Positions 16,929-25,420 of a stretch of DNA of 32,000 bases are shown piece after piece. The notes under the pieces are model-generated. The model saw only the letters and a program-made list of their open reading frames with translations. It did no database searches and had not been told where the DNA came from. A program made the translations under genes and the position numbers. This stretch comes from Phycisphaera mikurensis NBRC 102666 (GTDB lineage Bacteria > Planctomycetota > Phycisphaerae > Phycisphaerales > Phycisphaeraceae). Location of the stretch: positions 3,000,001 through 3,032,000 of the forward strand of contig NC_017080.1 of the NCBI RefSeq assembly GCF_000284115.1, in the 5' to 3' direction. How positions within the stretch are numbered: position 1 is the first letter of the stretch; each line of letters starts with the position of its first letter.

Positions 16929-16979
16929 CGGGGGCCGTTGTATCGCGCAGCCCGCGGGCCGGTTCGTCATGCTCCGCCC

Positions 16980-17990
16980 ATGCCCGAGCGCGAGGCCTCC
17001 CTCACCGTCGTCATCCCCAGCGCCGACCGGCCCGGCACGCTGGAACGCTGCCTCGCCTCGCTCGCGGCCCAGCGGCTCCGCCCCGGGGCGGTGAAGGTGG
17101 GCCTGGACGGCGGTGCGGGCGCGCGGGTCGAGGCGCTGCACCGGCGCTGGAGCCCCCACGTCCCCGGCCTGGACGTGCGGGCGCTGCCCCGCGCCGGCTC
17201 GCAGCCCGCCCGCGCCGCGCTGCTCGCTTCGGTCCAGACGCCCTACACGCTGTGCCTCAACGACGACGTGGAGGCCCAGCCGACGCTGGTGGAGGCGCAC
17301 CTCGACCGACTCGGCGCCGGCGACCCCGTGCTGGTGACGGGGCCGTGCCGGCAGTCCGCGGCGGACCCGGCGGACCCGCGGCCGGCGACGCTGCTCGACC
17401 GGCTCGTCGAGGAGACGGACCTCGTGTTCTTCGACGCCTCGGCGGCGGCGGCGGCGGGCGAGCTGACCTACCGGCACTGCTACGGGCTGAACCTCTCGGC
17501 GGCGACGGAGCTGCTCCGCCGCGACGGCGGCTTCCTCGACCTGCCCGGGCGCTACGGCTACGAGGACCTGGAGCTGGCGTGGCGGCTGACCCGGCGGCAC
17601 GGCGTCGCGCTCCGCTGGGCCGCCGGAGCCGGCGTGGTGCACACGCACCGGCTGAGCGTCGAGCAGCTCTGCGTGCGGGAGGAGCGGCTCGGGGCGACCG
17701 CGTGGGACGTGGCCGCACGCAACGGCGGCTTCATGCGGGAATTGCTCGGTCTGGACTGCCGGTCCGCCGACCACCTGAGCTTCTGCCGCCGGGCCGTCGA
17801 CCGCGGCGCCGCGGACGCGGCCCGCTGCCGGGCGTCGTTCGAGCGGCTCGCCGCCATGCCGGCCGAGACGATCCCCCCCGGCTCGCCGCTGCTGATCGAG
17901 CTGCAGCACTTCTGGATCCCGCTCAAGCGGCAGCTGTGGCGGCAAGGGCTGATCCTCGGCGCGGAGCAGGAAAAGGGCCGCGCCGGGTGA
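16980..17990 (+). CDS. Glycosyltransferase family 2 (GT-A)
   Basis: ATG at 16980 is in frame with track ORF 14118..17990. The translation is MPEREASLTVVIPSADRPGTLERCLASL...LCLNDDVE...YGYEDLELAWRL. It is divergent from the previous GT2 gene. Confidence 0.75.
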   Translation: MPEREASLTVVIPSADRPGTLERCLASLAAQRLRPGAVKVGLDGGAGARVEALHRRWSPHVPGLDVRALPRAGSQPARAALLASVQTPYTLCLNDDVEAQPTLVEAHLDRLGAGDPVLVTGPCRQSAADPADPRPATLLDRLVEETDLVFFDASAAAAAGELTYRHCYGLNLSAATELLRRDGGFLDLPGRYGYEDLELAWRLTRRHGVALRWAAGAGVVHTHRLSVEQLCVREERLGATAWDVAARNGGFMRELLGLDCRSADHLSFCRRAVDRGAADAARCRASFERLAAMPAETIPPGSPLLIELQHFWIPLKRQLWRQGLILGAEQEKGRAG

Positions 17991-18054
17991 GCCCGCGGGG
18001 TGGCCGCGACCCGCTCGGCCCCTGCTCGCCACCCGCTGCGGCATACTGCCCGTC

Positions 18055-19734
18055 GTGTCCGCCCCGCCGCCGAAGCCGATCGACGGGGCCGGGCTCCAGG
18101 CGGTCGGCGAGCGGGCGCGCGCCGCCGGCCGCAAGGTCGTGCTGTGCCACGGCTGCTTCGACGTGCTCCACCCCGGCCACGTCGGCTACCTGCAGGCGGC
18201 CGCGGCGCAGGGCGACGTGCTGGTGGTCTCGATCACCTCCGACGACGCGATCGAGAAGGCCGACGGCACGCGGCCGCACCTGCCCGAGGAGATGCGGAGC
18301 GAGCACCTCGCGGCGCTGGCCTGCGTCGACCACGTGGTCGTGTGCGCGGCGGAGACCGCGAGCCCGGTCATCGAGCGGCTCAAGCCGGACCTCTACGTGA
18401 AGGGCAGCGAGTACGCGAATTCCGACGACCCGCGGGTCGCGGCGGAGCGCGAGCGGGTGGAGTCGCTGGGCGGCCGCGTGCTCTTCACCTCCGGCGCGGT
18501 GGTCATGAGCTCCACCGCCCTGCTCGCCGCGGCCGGCCCCGCGGGCGCGGCGGGCGAGGCGGAACGGCTCGCCGCGGCGTGCGGGCGGTGGGGCCTGGAC
18601 GCCGCGCGGGCGCTCGGGCTGCTCCGCGGCTTCGCGGGCCTGCGGGTGGTGGTGGTGGGGGACGCGCTGGAGGACCGCTACAGCGTGTCCGACGCGGTCG
18701 AGGCCGCCGACGAGGGGCCCTGCCTGTCGATGCGTCCCGAGCGGGTGCTGTCTTTCGCGGGGGGCGCGGCGGCGGTGGCCTCGCACGCGGCCGCGCTCGG
18801 GGCCGAAGTCACGCTCGTGGCCCCCGGCGGGCCGGACGCGGCCTCGCGAGCCTTCGCCGACCGGCTCGGAGCCGCCGGCGTGATCCCCCGCCTGCTCCCG
18901 CTCCGCGGCGGGATCCCGGTGAAGGAGCGCTTCGTCGTCGGCACGCAGAAGCTGCTGAAGGTGGACCACGGGAGCAGCGTCCCGCTGGACTCGGCGGGCC
19001 AGCGGCGGCTGCGGGAGGCCGCGGTGGAAGCGGCGGCGGGCCGCACCGACGCGGTCATCCTCAGCGACTTCGGCCTCGGCTGCCTCGACGCCGCCTCGCT
19101 GGCCCCGCTGCTCGCCCCGCTCCGCCCGCGGGCCCGCGTGCTCGCCGGCGACGTCTCCGGCCCGCGGCCGACCCTCGAGGCGATGCGGGGCGTGGACCTG
19201 CTCACGCCCAACGAGCGCGAGCTGCGGGCCGCCTGCGCCGCGCCCGACCTCTCGCTGCCGACGGTGGCTTCGGGGCTGATGGAGCGGCTCGGGGTGCCGA
19301 ACCTGCTGGCGACGCTCGACGCCCGCGGCGCCGTGCTCTTCCACCCCCGGGATCCCGCGCCGGGCCGCTGGTTCGACCACCGGCTACGCAGCGACCACGT
19401 CCCGTCGCTCACCGCCCGGGCCGTCGATCCGGTCGGCGCCGGCGACGCGCTGCTCGCCGTCGCCACGCTCACGCTCGCCGCCGGCGGCACCGGCCCGCAG
19501 GCGGCGTACCTCGGCTCGGTCGCCGCCGCCGTCGCGGTGGACCGCCTCGGCAACGCCGCCGTCGACGCGGCGACCCTGCGGTCGGCGCTGCGGGAACGGC
19601 CCGAGCTGCGGGCGTCGACCGCCACGCCCCGCGTGGTGCTGGGGGCCGCGGCCTGGCCCCAGAGGCGGCCTCACGCGGCGTTGGGCTCGCCCGGGGTGCC
19701 GCTCGCCCGCGCCGAACCGAGCCCGACGGCCTGA
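18055..19734 (+). CDS. Bifunctional heptose-phosphate nucleotidyltransferase / PfkB sugar kinase (HldE/RfaE-like) with reversed domain order
   Basis: 559 aa with a GTG start. The N-terminal cytidylyltransferase-like domain carries the HxGH motif (VLCHGCFDVLHPGHVGYL) and YVKGSEY. The C-terminal PfkB kinase domain has LRVVVVGDALEDRY, LTPNERE and VDPVGAGDA. Confidence 0.85.
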   Translation: MSAPPPKPIDGAGLQAVGERARAAGRKVVLCHGCFDVLHPGHVGYLQAAAAQGDVLVVSITSDDAIEKADGTRPHLPEEMRSEHLAALACVDHVVVCAAETASPVIERLKPDLYVKGSEYANSDDPRVAAERERVESLGGRVLFTSGAVVMSSTALLAAAGPAGAAGEAERLAAACGRWGLDAARALGLLRGFAGLRVVVVGDALEDRYSVSDAVEAADEGPCLSMRPERVLSFAGGAAAVASHAAALGAEVTLVAPGGPDAASRAFADRLGAAGVIPRLLPLRGGIPVKERFVVGTQKLLKVDHGSSVPLDSAGQRRLREAAVEAAAGRTDAVILSDFGLGCLDAASLAPLLAPLRPRARVLAGDVSGPRPTLEAMRGVDLLTPNERELRAACAAPDLSLPTVASGLMERLGVPNLLATLDARGAVLFHPRDPAPGRWFDHRLRSDHVPSLTARAVDPVGAGDALLAVATLTLAAGGTGPQAAYLGSVAAAVAVDRLGNAAVDAATLRSALRERPELRASTATPRVVLGAAAWPQRRPHAALGSPGVPLARAEPSPTA

Positions 19735-19757
19735 CGCCGCGACGCCGCCCGCGCCCC

Positions 19758-20930
19758 TCAACCGGCCGTCGCGACCGCCGGGTACGCGTCGCGGAGCAAG
19801 AGCGACGGCCGCCCCGCCGGGTCGGGCGCGGGCCGCCGGCGGCCGGGGTTCAGGTCGGTGTGCAGGACGGCCCGCGTGGACGACGCCGCTTCCGCACCCG
19901 GAGCGACGACGGGCACCGCGTGCAGCACGCCGCCGCGGAAGGCTTCCGCCGGATCCGTCACCGCGGCCACCACCAGCCCCGCGGCTTCCGCCGCCTCCGC
20001 CGTCAGGTCGGCGTGCTTCGTGAAACCGGCGAGCGTGACCGGCGTGCCCGGGGCCAGGCGCTCGCGCTCCGCGAAGGCCGCCACCGCCGCTCGCTGCCGC
20101 TCGAAGCCGTACAAGGACTCCGCCGCGGCGGCCGGCAGCGGCGGGCCGATCCGCGGGAGCGACGACGCTTCCGCCGCCGCCGCGTCCGCGTCCGCTCCGG
20201 TGCCGCCCGCCGCGAGCAGCAGCCGGCCGTAGCGCTCCACCAGCCCCGGACGGGCCGCCGCCGCCCGCTCTGGCTCCAGATACCCCGCCGACAGCGCGAG
20301 GTTGTTCCGCAGATCCAGCCGAGCCGCCCGGAGGGACCGCCGCGCCGTCGCCGCCTTGCGGTGGTCGAACGCGACCGCCTCCTCCCGCGCCACCGACCAC
20401 CCCGCCGCGAGCAGCCGGCACGCCAGCCCCAGCTCCTCGGCCTGCATGAACAGCCCGGCGTCGAAGCCGCCCACCCGCTCGAAAGCCTCCCGCCGCACCG
20501 CCCACCCGCACGCCGGCGACAGGGCGGGCAGCGCGCACGCGTCCTGCCCGCCGCCGGGCAGGTGCACAGGTCCGCCCACCGCGCCCAGCCGCGGATCCGA
20601 AGCCAACGCCGCGGCCGCCGCGGCGAGCGTGCCCGGCCGCGGCGTGGAATCGTCGTCGAGGAACAGCAGCCGCTGCCCGCTGGACGCCGCCGCCGCCTGG
20701 TTCCGCCCGGCGCAGGGGTTCGCGTCGCCCCGCTCGATCACCCGCACCGCCAGCCCGGGCCGACGCCTCGCGAACCCGCGGACCGCCGCCGCCGTCCCGT
20801 CCTCCGAGGCGTTGTCCGCGACGATCACCTCCAACCGGCTCGCGGCCGGATGCTCCGCGAGCGCGTGCAGCGTCACGCCCAGCTCCTCCCGCCGGCCCCG
20901 CGTCGCGATGATCACGCTCCAGTCGGCCAC
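19758..20930 (-). CDS. GT2 glycosyltransferase fused to a C-terminal Rossmann-like module
   Basis: 390 aa. Motifs seen are WSVIIATRGRREE, VADNASEDGT and LLFLDDDS (DxD). The C-terminal segment PVTLAGF...GLVVAAVTDP...AVPVV...AVLHTDLN follows the same pattern as the tails of 10694-11821 and 13873-15963, but more weakly. Confidence 0.8.
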   Translation of the reverse strand: MADWSVIIATRGRREELGVTLHALAEHPAASRLEVIVADNASEDGTAAAVRGFARRRPGLAVRVIERGDANPCAGRNQAAAASSGQRLLFLDDDSTPRPGTLAAAAAALASDPRLGAVGGPVHLPGGGQDACALPALSPACGWAVRREAFERVGGFDAGLFMQAEELGLACRLLAAGWSVAREEAVAFDHRKAATARRSLRAARLDLRNNLALSAGYLEPERAAAARPGLVERYGRLLLAAGGTGADADAAAAEASSLPRIGPPLPAAAAESLYGFERQRAAVAAFAERERLAPGTPVTLAGFTKHADLTAEAAEAAGLVVAAVTDPAEAFRGGVLHAVPVVAPGAEAASSTRAVLHTDLNPGRRRPAPDPAGRPSLLLRDAYPAVATAG

Positions 20931-21015
20931 GCCGCGACCCTACCCGCGGACCGTCCGCAGAAACCGGCTTCAAGGCCCACGGTCCGCGGCGCCGCCGCGG
21001 CCGCCGGACCCCGGC

Positions 21016-21064
21016 GCCGGAGGCGGCACCGGTGCCGGGGGCCGGAGGCGGCACCGGTGCCGGG
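21016..21064. promoter_or_regulatory. Two tandem copies of GCCGGAGGCGGCACCGGTGCCGGG, each containing the perfect 12-bp palindrome GGCACCGGTGCC
   Basis: The palindromes lie at 21025-21036 and 21050-21061, a 25-bp period. They sit in the 189-bp gap between the GNAT-like gene stop (21120) and the GT2-fusion start (20930). A regulatory role is an inference. Confidence 0.35.
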
Positions 21065-21119
21065 CACGACGCCCGGCCCGCTCCTCCGGAAGGCTTCACG
21101 CGGTGCGCGACAGGCGGAT

Positions 21120-21938
21120 TCAGAAGAACATCTTCGCCCGGAACCAGTAGCGGTACCGCTCCTCGAAGCTCACGTGCTCCCGCAGCTCCTCCCCGAGCGT
21201 CTGCTCCATGTCGGTCTCGACCACCAGCCGGTGGAAGCCCGCCTCGCGGGCGCTTTTCGCCAGGCCGTGGACGAGCAGCAGCCGCCGATCGGTGCCCGGC
21301 TCTGCGCTGCGGCGGGTGGCGTCGCCGCCCTGCGCCTCGGCCACCGTCGCGGCGTCGCCGGTCAGGTCGAACACGTAAGCCGTCCGGCTCCCGGCGTCGG
21401 TGCACAGCACCGCCGCCGCCCGCGGCTGGGTGCCCTGCATCCAGAGGCTGTACCTGACGGGGTGCCGGAAGCAGCGGAGCAGGTCCGGCCGGGCCGCGGC
21501 CGTGGTCTCTCCCTCCGCCCCCCGCCAGCGCGTCGTGAGATCGAGCCAGCCCCGCGTCAGCTCCTCGCGGCCCTCCACCCGACCGGTGGCCACCTGCGGC
21601 GCGAGCATCTCCTCCAGGTCCGCGCGCGGCGGGGCCGTGAGGTCCAGCGTGTTGACCGAGGTCCGCTCCACCCGGGCGTAGCCGTTCTCGGCGAGCAGCT
21701 TGTCGAAGCGTCCCGGCGGGGTGTAGACGTTCATCCGGAAGATCGGCCGGAGCTTCTTGCTCACGTAGAGCTTCTCCACCACCGAGACCTTCTTCTCGAG
21801 CGGGTGCACGCCCTCACCGAGGGGGTACACGGCGTTGCCGCGGCGGCTGTAGGCCTGGCTGAAACGCATCAGCCAGCCGTCCTCCTCCTTCTCGCGGACG
21901 CCGCCCCAGGCTTGGATCAGGCCGCGATCGATTTCCAT
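21120..21938 (-). CDS. GNAT-like acetyltransferase-fold protein (tentative)
   Basis: The preferred start is MEIDRGLIQAWGG (ATG complement at 21936-21938); the track ORF extends to 21998. The N-terminal motif DGWLMRFSQAYSRRGNAVYPLG resembles the GWLLR..G.T.RANSV.PLG motif of a GNAT subfamily. The C-terminal part is RLLLVHGLAKSAREAGFHRLVVET. This call rests on recalled motif patterns only. Confidence 0.5.
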   Translation of the reverse strand: MEIDRGLIQAWGGVREKEEDGWLMRFSQAYSRRGNAVYPLGEGVHPLEKKVSVVEKLYVSKKLRPIFRMNVYTPPGRFDKLLAENGYARVERTSVNTLDLTAPPRADLEEMLAPQVATGRVEGREELTRGWLDLTTRWRGAEGETTAAARPDLLRCFRHPVRYSLWMQGTQPRAAAVLCTDAGSRTAYVFDLTGDAATVAEAQGGDATRRSAEPGTDRRLLLVHGLAKSAREAGFHRLVVETDMEQTLGEELREHVSFEERYRYWFRAKMFF

Positions 21939-22106
21939 CCGCGCGGCGACCCGGGCGGTGTGGGCGGGGTCGTTGCGTCTGCGGCTGCTGCTGCCCAAGA
22001 ATGGTCCTCACCGGTGCGATCCCCACGCCGGCCCGGGGGGCCGTCCAAGCGTTATCGGCCCGACGGTGTACCCGATCGAGGAGGCCGCCGCCGCCCGCCA
22101 CGCCAA

Positions 22107-24290
22107 TCAAGCCGGCGAAGGCATCATGCCCGACGCCGCGGGCGACGCCGGCTCGTCCGCCCGCCGCGGGTCGGGCCGGTTCGCGTCGGGCGCCACCTTC
22201 CGGTCGTCGGCCGCCAGCAGCTCGCTCACGGAAGGCCGCCCGAGCTCCTGCCCGTTCATCAGCCGCGTCACGTCGGCCGCCGTCAGCGTCTCGTGCGAGA
22301 GCAGGGCGTCGGCGAGGCGGACCGTCTCCTCCCAGTGCTCGCCGAGGATCTTCTCGGCGTCGGCGAACGCCTCGTCGCTGAGGCGTCGGATCTCCTCGTC
22401 GATGACGTTGGCGGTCTGATCCGAGTAGGGCCGGTCGGCGGAGAAGCCGTTGGGGTTGTCCTTGGGCGTGTAGTTGATGAAGCCGAGCCGCTCGCTCATG
22501 CCCCACTCCAGCACCATGGCCCGCGCGTAGTTGGTCATCATCTCGATGTCCATGGAGGCGCCCGAGCTGATGTCGTCGGTCTTCCTCTGCTCGGCGATCC
22601 GCCCGCCGCACAGCACGCGCATCGTGTCGTGGATGTACCGCCGCCCGTAGCCGAAGCGGTCCTTCTCGGGGAGCGACATCGTCGCGCCCATGGCCCGGCC
22701 ACGCGGGATGATCGTCACCTTGTGGAGCGGGTCGGCGTGGTCGAGCAGGTACTGGATCACGGCGTGGCCGGCTTCGTGGTACGCGGTGGCGAGGCGGTCG
22801 TCCTCCTCCACCTTCCGGCTCTTGCTCGCGCGGCCGAAGCGGACCTTGTCGCGCGCCTCCTCCAGGTCGTCCTGCTCGACGAACTCCTTGTCGGCCAGCG
22901 TCGCCCCGATGGCGGCCTCGTTGATCACCGCCGCCAGCTCGGCCCCCGAGAACATCGGCGTCGCCTTGCCGAGCTTCTCCAAATTCACGTCGGGCGAGAG
23001 CTTGATCTTGCGGGCGTGGACCTTGAGGATCTCCACCCGGCCGCGGAGGTCCGGGAGCGGGACCTGCACCTGCCGGTCGAACCGACCGGGCCGCGTCAAC
23101 GCCGGGTCGAGCACGTCGGCGCGGTTGGTCGAGGCGATGACGATCACCTGGTCGGACGAGTCGAAGCCGTCCATCTCGACGAGGATCGCGTTGAGCGTCT
23201 GCTCGCGCTCGTCGTGGCCGCCCGAGGAGAAGCCGTTGCCGCGGCGCCGGCCGACGGCATCGATCTCGTCCAGGAAGATGATGCAGGGGCTCGAATCCTT
23301 CGCCTGCTTGAAGAGGTCGCGCACCCGCGACGCCCCGACGCCGACGAACATCTCCACGAAGTCCGAGCCGGAGATGGAGTAGAACGGCACGTCGGCCTCG
23401 CCCGCCATCGCCTTGGCCAGGAGCGTCTTGCCGCAGCCGGGCTGTCCGATGAGCAGCACGCCCCGCGGCACGCGGCCACCGAGCCGCTGGAACTTCTTGG
23501 GGTTCCGCAGGAACTCGATGATCTCGGAGACCTCGTCCTTCGCCTCGGTGATGCCCGCGACGTCGTCGAGCTTCACGTTGGAGTGCTCCTTGGTGAGCGC
23601 TTTGTGCTTGCTCTTGCCGAAGTTGCCGAGCATGCCGCCGGGCCCGCCGCCGGCGCCCCGGAGGGCCCGGAAGAAGAAGAAGTAGATCAGCAGCGCGATC
23701 AAGACGATCGGGCCGAAGGACAGCAGCACCGCGATCCAGACGCTCTGGCTCGGATCCTCCTGGAACCGCTGCCCCATCCGCTGGAGGCGGTCGGTGTGGA
23801 GGATCAGGTTGGTCGGGTTGGTTGCGTAGACGACGCTGCGCTTCTCGCCGAGGCTCTCGGGCAGGCCCTCCACCCCCTCCTTGATCTCGGCGGTCAGCGC
23901 CTCCGGCGAGATCAGCACGCCCTCGTCGGTGAAGCTGTTGTTCTCGGCGAGCTGGAAGAACTCCTGGTAGCTGACCGGCGCCGCGGCGTTTTGATTCGCG
24001 TTCATCACCAGGACCAGCAGCACCGCGAGGCCGATGAGGAGGATCCAGCCGAGCGTCTGCTTGCCGGCGAGCGTGGCCGGCGGCTTGCCTTTGCCGCCGG
24101 GTTGGTTCCTGCCGCCGGGCTTGTTCCTCTGGCTGGGCTTGTCTCTCTGGCCGTGCCGGTCGCCCCGACCGGACGGATTCCCCCCGCCGGCTTCGACGTC
24201 CCCCTTCCCCGCCTCGCGGCCGGGGTTCTTGTCGTCGCGGTCGCCGCTGTCGCCCTCGGACTCGTGGCGCTGGGAAGAGGGATCGGGCAT
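22107..24290 (-). CDS. ftsH: ATP-dependent zinc metalloprotease FtsH
   Basis: It starts at [10 protein letters not shown] (ATG complement at 24288-24290) inside the longer track ORF. It has Walker [14 protein letters not shown], Walker [13 protein letters not shown], an AAA SRH region and the zinc site [11 protein letters not shown]. It has two TM segments and an N-terminal Gly/Arg/Lys-rich extension of about 75 aa. Confidence 0.95.
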   Translation of the reverse strand: MPDPSSQRHESEGDSGDRDDKNPGREAGKGDVEAGGGNPSGRGDRHGQRDKPSQRNKPGGRNQPGGKGKPPATLAGKQTLGWILLIGLAVLLVLVMNANQNAAAPVSYQEFFQLAENNSFTDEGVLISPEALTAEIKEGVEGLPESLGEKRSVVYATNPTNLILHTDRLQRMGQRFQEDPSQSVWIAVLLSFGPIVLIALLIYFFFFRALRGAGGGPGGMLGNFGKSKHKALTKEHSNVKLDDVAGITEAKDEVSEIIEFLRNPKKFQRLGGRVPRGVLLIGQPGCGKTLLAKAMAGEADVPFYSISGSDFVEMFVGVGASRVRDLFKQAKDSSPCIIFLDEIDAVGRRRGNGFSSGGHDEREQTLNAILVEMDGFDSSDQVIVIASTNRADVLDPALTRPGRFDRQVQVPLPDLRGRVEILKVHARKIKLSPDVNLEKLGKATPMFSGAELAAVINEAAIGATLADKEFVEQDDLEEARDKVRFGRASKSRKVEEDDRLATAYHEAGHAVIQYLLDHADPLHKVTIIPRGRAMGATMSLPEKDRFGYGRRYIHDTMRVLCGGRIAEQRKTDDISSGASMDIEMMTNYARAMVLEWGMSERLGFINYTPKDNPNGFSADRPYSDQTANVIDEEIRRLSDEAFADAEKILGEHWEETVRLADALLSHETLTAADVTRLMNGQELGRPSVSELLAADDRKVAPDANRPDPRRADEPASPAASGMMPSPA

Positions 24291-24425
24291 GAGCTTGGGT
24301 TCCGGTTCCCACCGCCCGGAACGCCCGGCCGCGGGAGAACAAGCGTAGGCGGCACCCGGCGACGCTCCGAAGCGGCGCTGCGGACGCCCCGGGCGGGATC
24401 CTCCGGCAGGCGCTAATCTGCCGCG

Positions 24426-25214
24426 ATGCCTGACAACACCCGCCTCGCCGTCCAGCTCTACACGCTCCGCAGCTTCACGCAGACACCCTCCGACATCGCG
24501 GCGACGTTCGAGAAGCTCGCCGCTCAGGGCTGGCGGGCCGTGCAGGACTCCGCGATGGGCGAGATCGAGACCGCGGAGCTCAAGAAGATCGCCGACGACA
24601 ACGGCATCGCGGTGATCGCCAGCCACGTCTCGCTCGACCAGATCGAGAAAGACCCCCAGGCGATGATCGACCGCCACCAGGCCCTGGGCTGCACGAACTC
24701 GGCCATCGGCGGCTTCTTTCCCTCGAAGGAAGACTTCACCGAGGACAAGTGGTCGGCCTTCATCGACCGCTTCAACGCCGCCGCGGCGAAGCTGCGGGAG
24801 GGCGGGATCCACTACGGCTACCACAACCACAGCCACGAGTGGATCCGCTTCGGCAACCCGCTGGAGACCCGGCGGCCGATCGACCTGCTGCTCGAACGGC
24901 TCGCGCCGGAGGTGCCCTTCGAGCTGGACACCTATTGGGTGGCCCACGCCGGCGGCAACCCCGCGGCCTGGATCAAGAAGGTCCACGGCCGGATCCCGTG
25001 CGTCCACCTCAAGGACATGCTGATGGGGCTGGACCCGCGGGAACCGGTCATGGCGGAGATCGGCGTGGGCAACCTCGATTGGCCCTCCATCCTCGGGGCC
25101 TGCGCCGATGCGGGGGTGAAGCACTACATCGTGGAGCAGGACCACTGCTGGCGCGACCCCTTCGACTCGCTGCAGACCAGCCTCGAGAACCTCAAGACGA
25201 TGGGTCTTTCCTGA
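24426..25214 (+). CDS. Sugar phosphate isomerase/epimerase (xylose isomerase-like TIM barrel)
   Basis: 262 aa. LAVQLYTLRS, VIASHVSL, GYHNHSHEW and YIVEQD match the conserved pattern of the AP-endonuclease-2 / xylose-isomerase-like TIM barrel family. Confidence 0.8.
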   Translation: MPDNTRLAVQLYTLRSFTQTPSDIAATFEKLAAQGWRAVQDSAMGEIETAELKKIADDNGIAVIASHVSLDQIEKDPQAMIDRHQALGCTNSAIGGFFPSKEDFTEDKWSAFIDRFNAAAAKLREGGIHYGYHNHSHEWIRFGNPLETRRPIDLLLERLAPEVPFELDTYWVAHAGGNPAAWIKKVHGRIPCVHLKDMLMGLDPREPVMAEIGVGNLDWPSILGACADAGVKHYIVEQDHCWRDPFDSLQTSLENLKTMGLS

Positions 25215-25420
25215 TCCACCCGTCGGCGTCTCGCCCGGCGGCACCGTCGCTCCCTTGGGTCGGGTGCGGCTCGAGGCGCGTGCCCCGGCACGGGCGGCAG
25301 CAACCCCCCCGCCGCCCACAGTCGGCGAGGCGGGATCTTCGCGGCCGCAACCTGTTATGAAGGTGGCCGCCGGTTCGCCCGGCCCGCTCCCCGTCTCCCG
25401 CTCCCATCGCTCCCGGTGCC

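Noticed and set aside
16929-18134. N-terminal 400 aa or so of track ORF 15954..18134 (-)
   Set aside because: This part is antisense to the plus-strand GT2 gene 16980-17990 and has no domain signature. The GT2 fold begins at MPAPAVSVAIATRGRP, so the gene was truncated to 15954-16928.
24297-24327. Inverted repeat GGGTTCCGG-N10-CCGGAAC in the ftsH / isomerase divergent spacer
   Set aside because: The stem is short at 7-8 bp in very GC-rich DNA. There is a single occurrence and no second half-site pattern, so it is not distinguishable from chance.
18000-24416. 2138-aa ORF on the plus strand
   Set aside because: From about 19750 onward it runs antisense to well-supported minus-strand genes (GT2 fusion, GNAT-like, FtsH). 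It is out of frame with the HldE-like gene, and the sequence is Arg/Gly/Pro-rich junk. It is a GC-driven artefact.
22107-25319. N-terminal 343 codons of the 1070-aa track ORF containing FtsH
   Set aside because: This part overlaps the plus-strand sugar-phosphate isomerase gene in antisense and has no FtsH-like sequence. The FtsH architecture (cytoplasmic leader, TM1, periplasmic loop, TM2, AAA, protease) is complete from the ATG at 24290.
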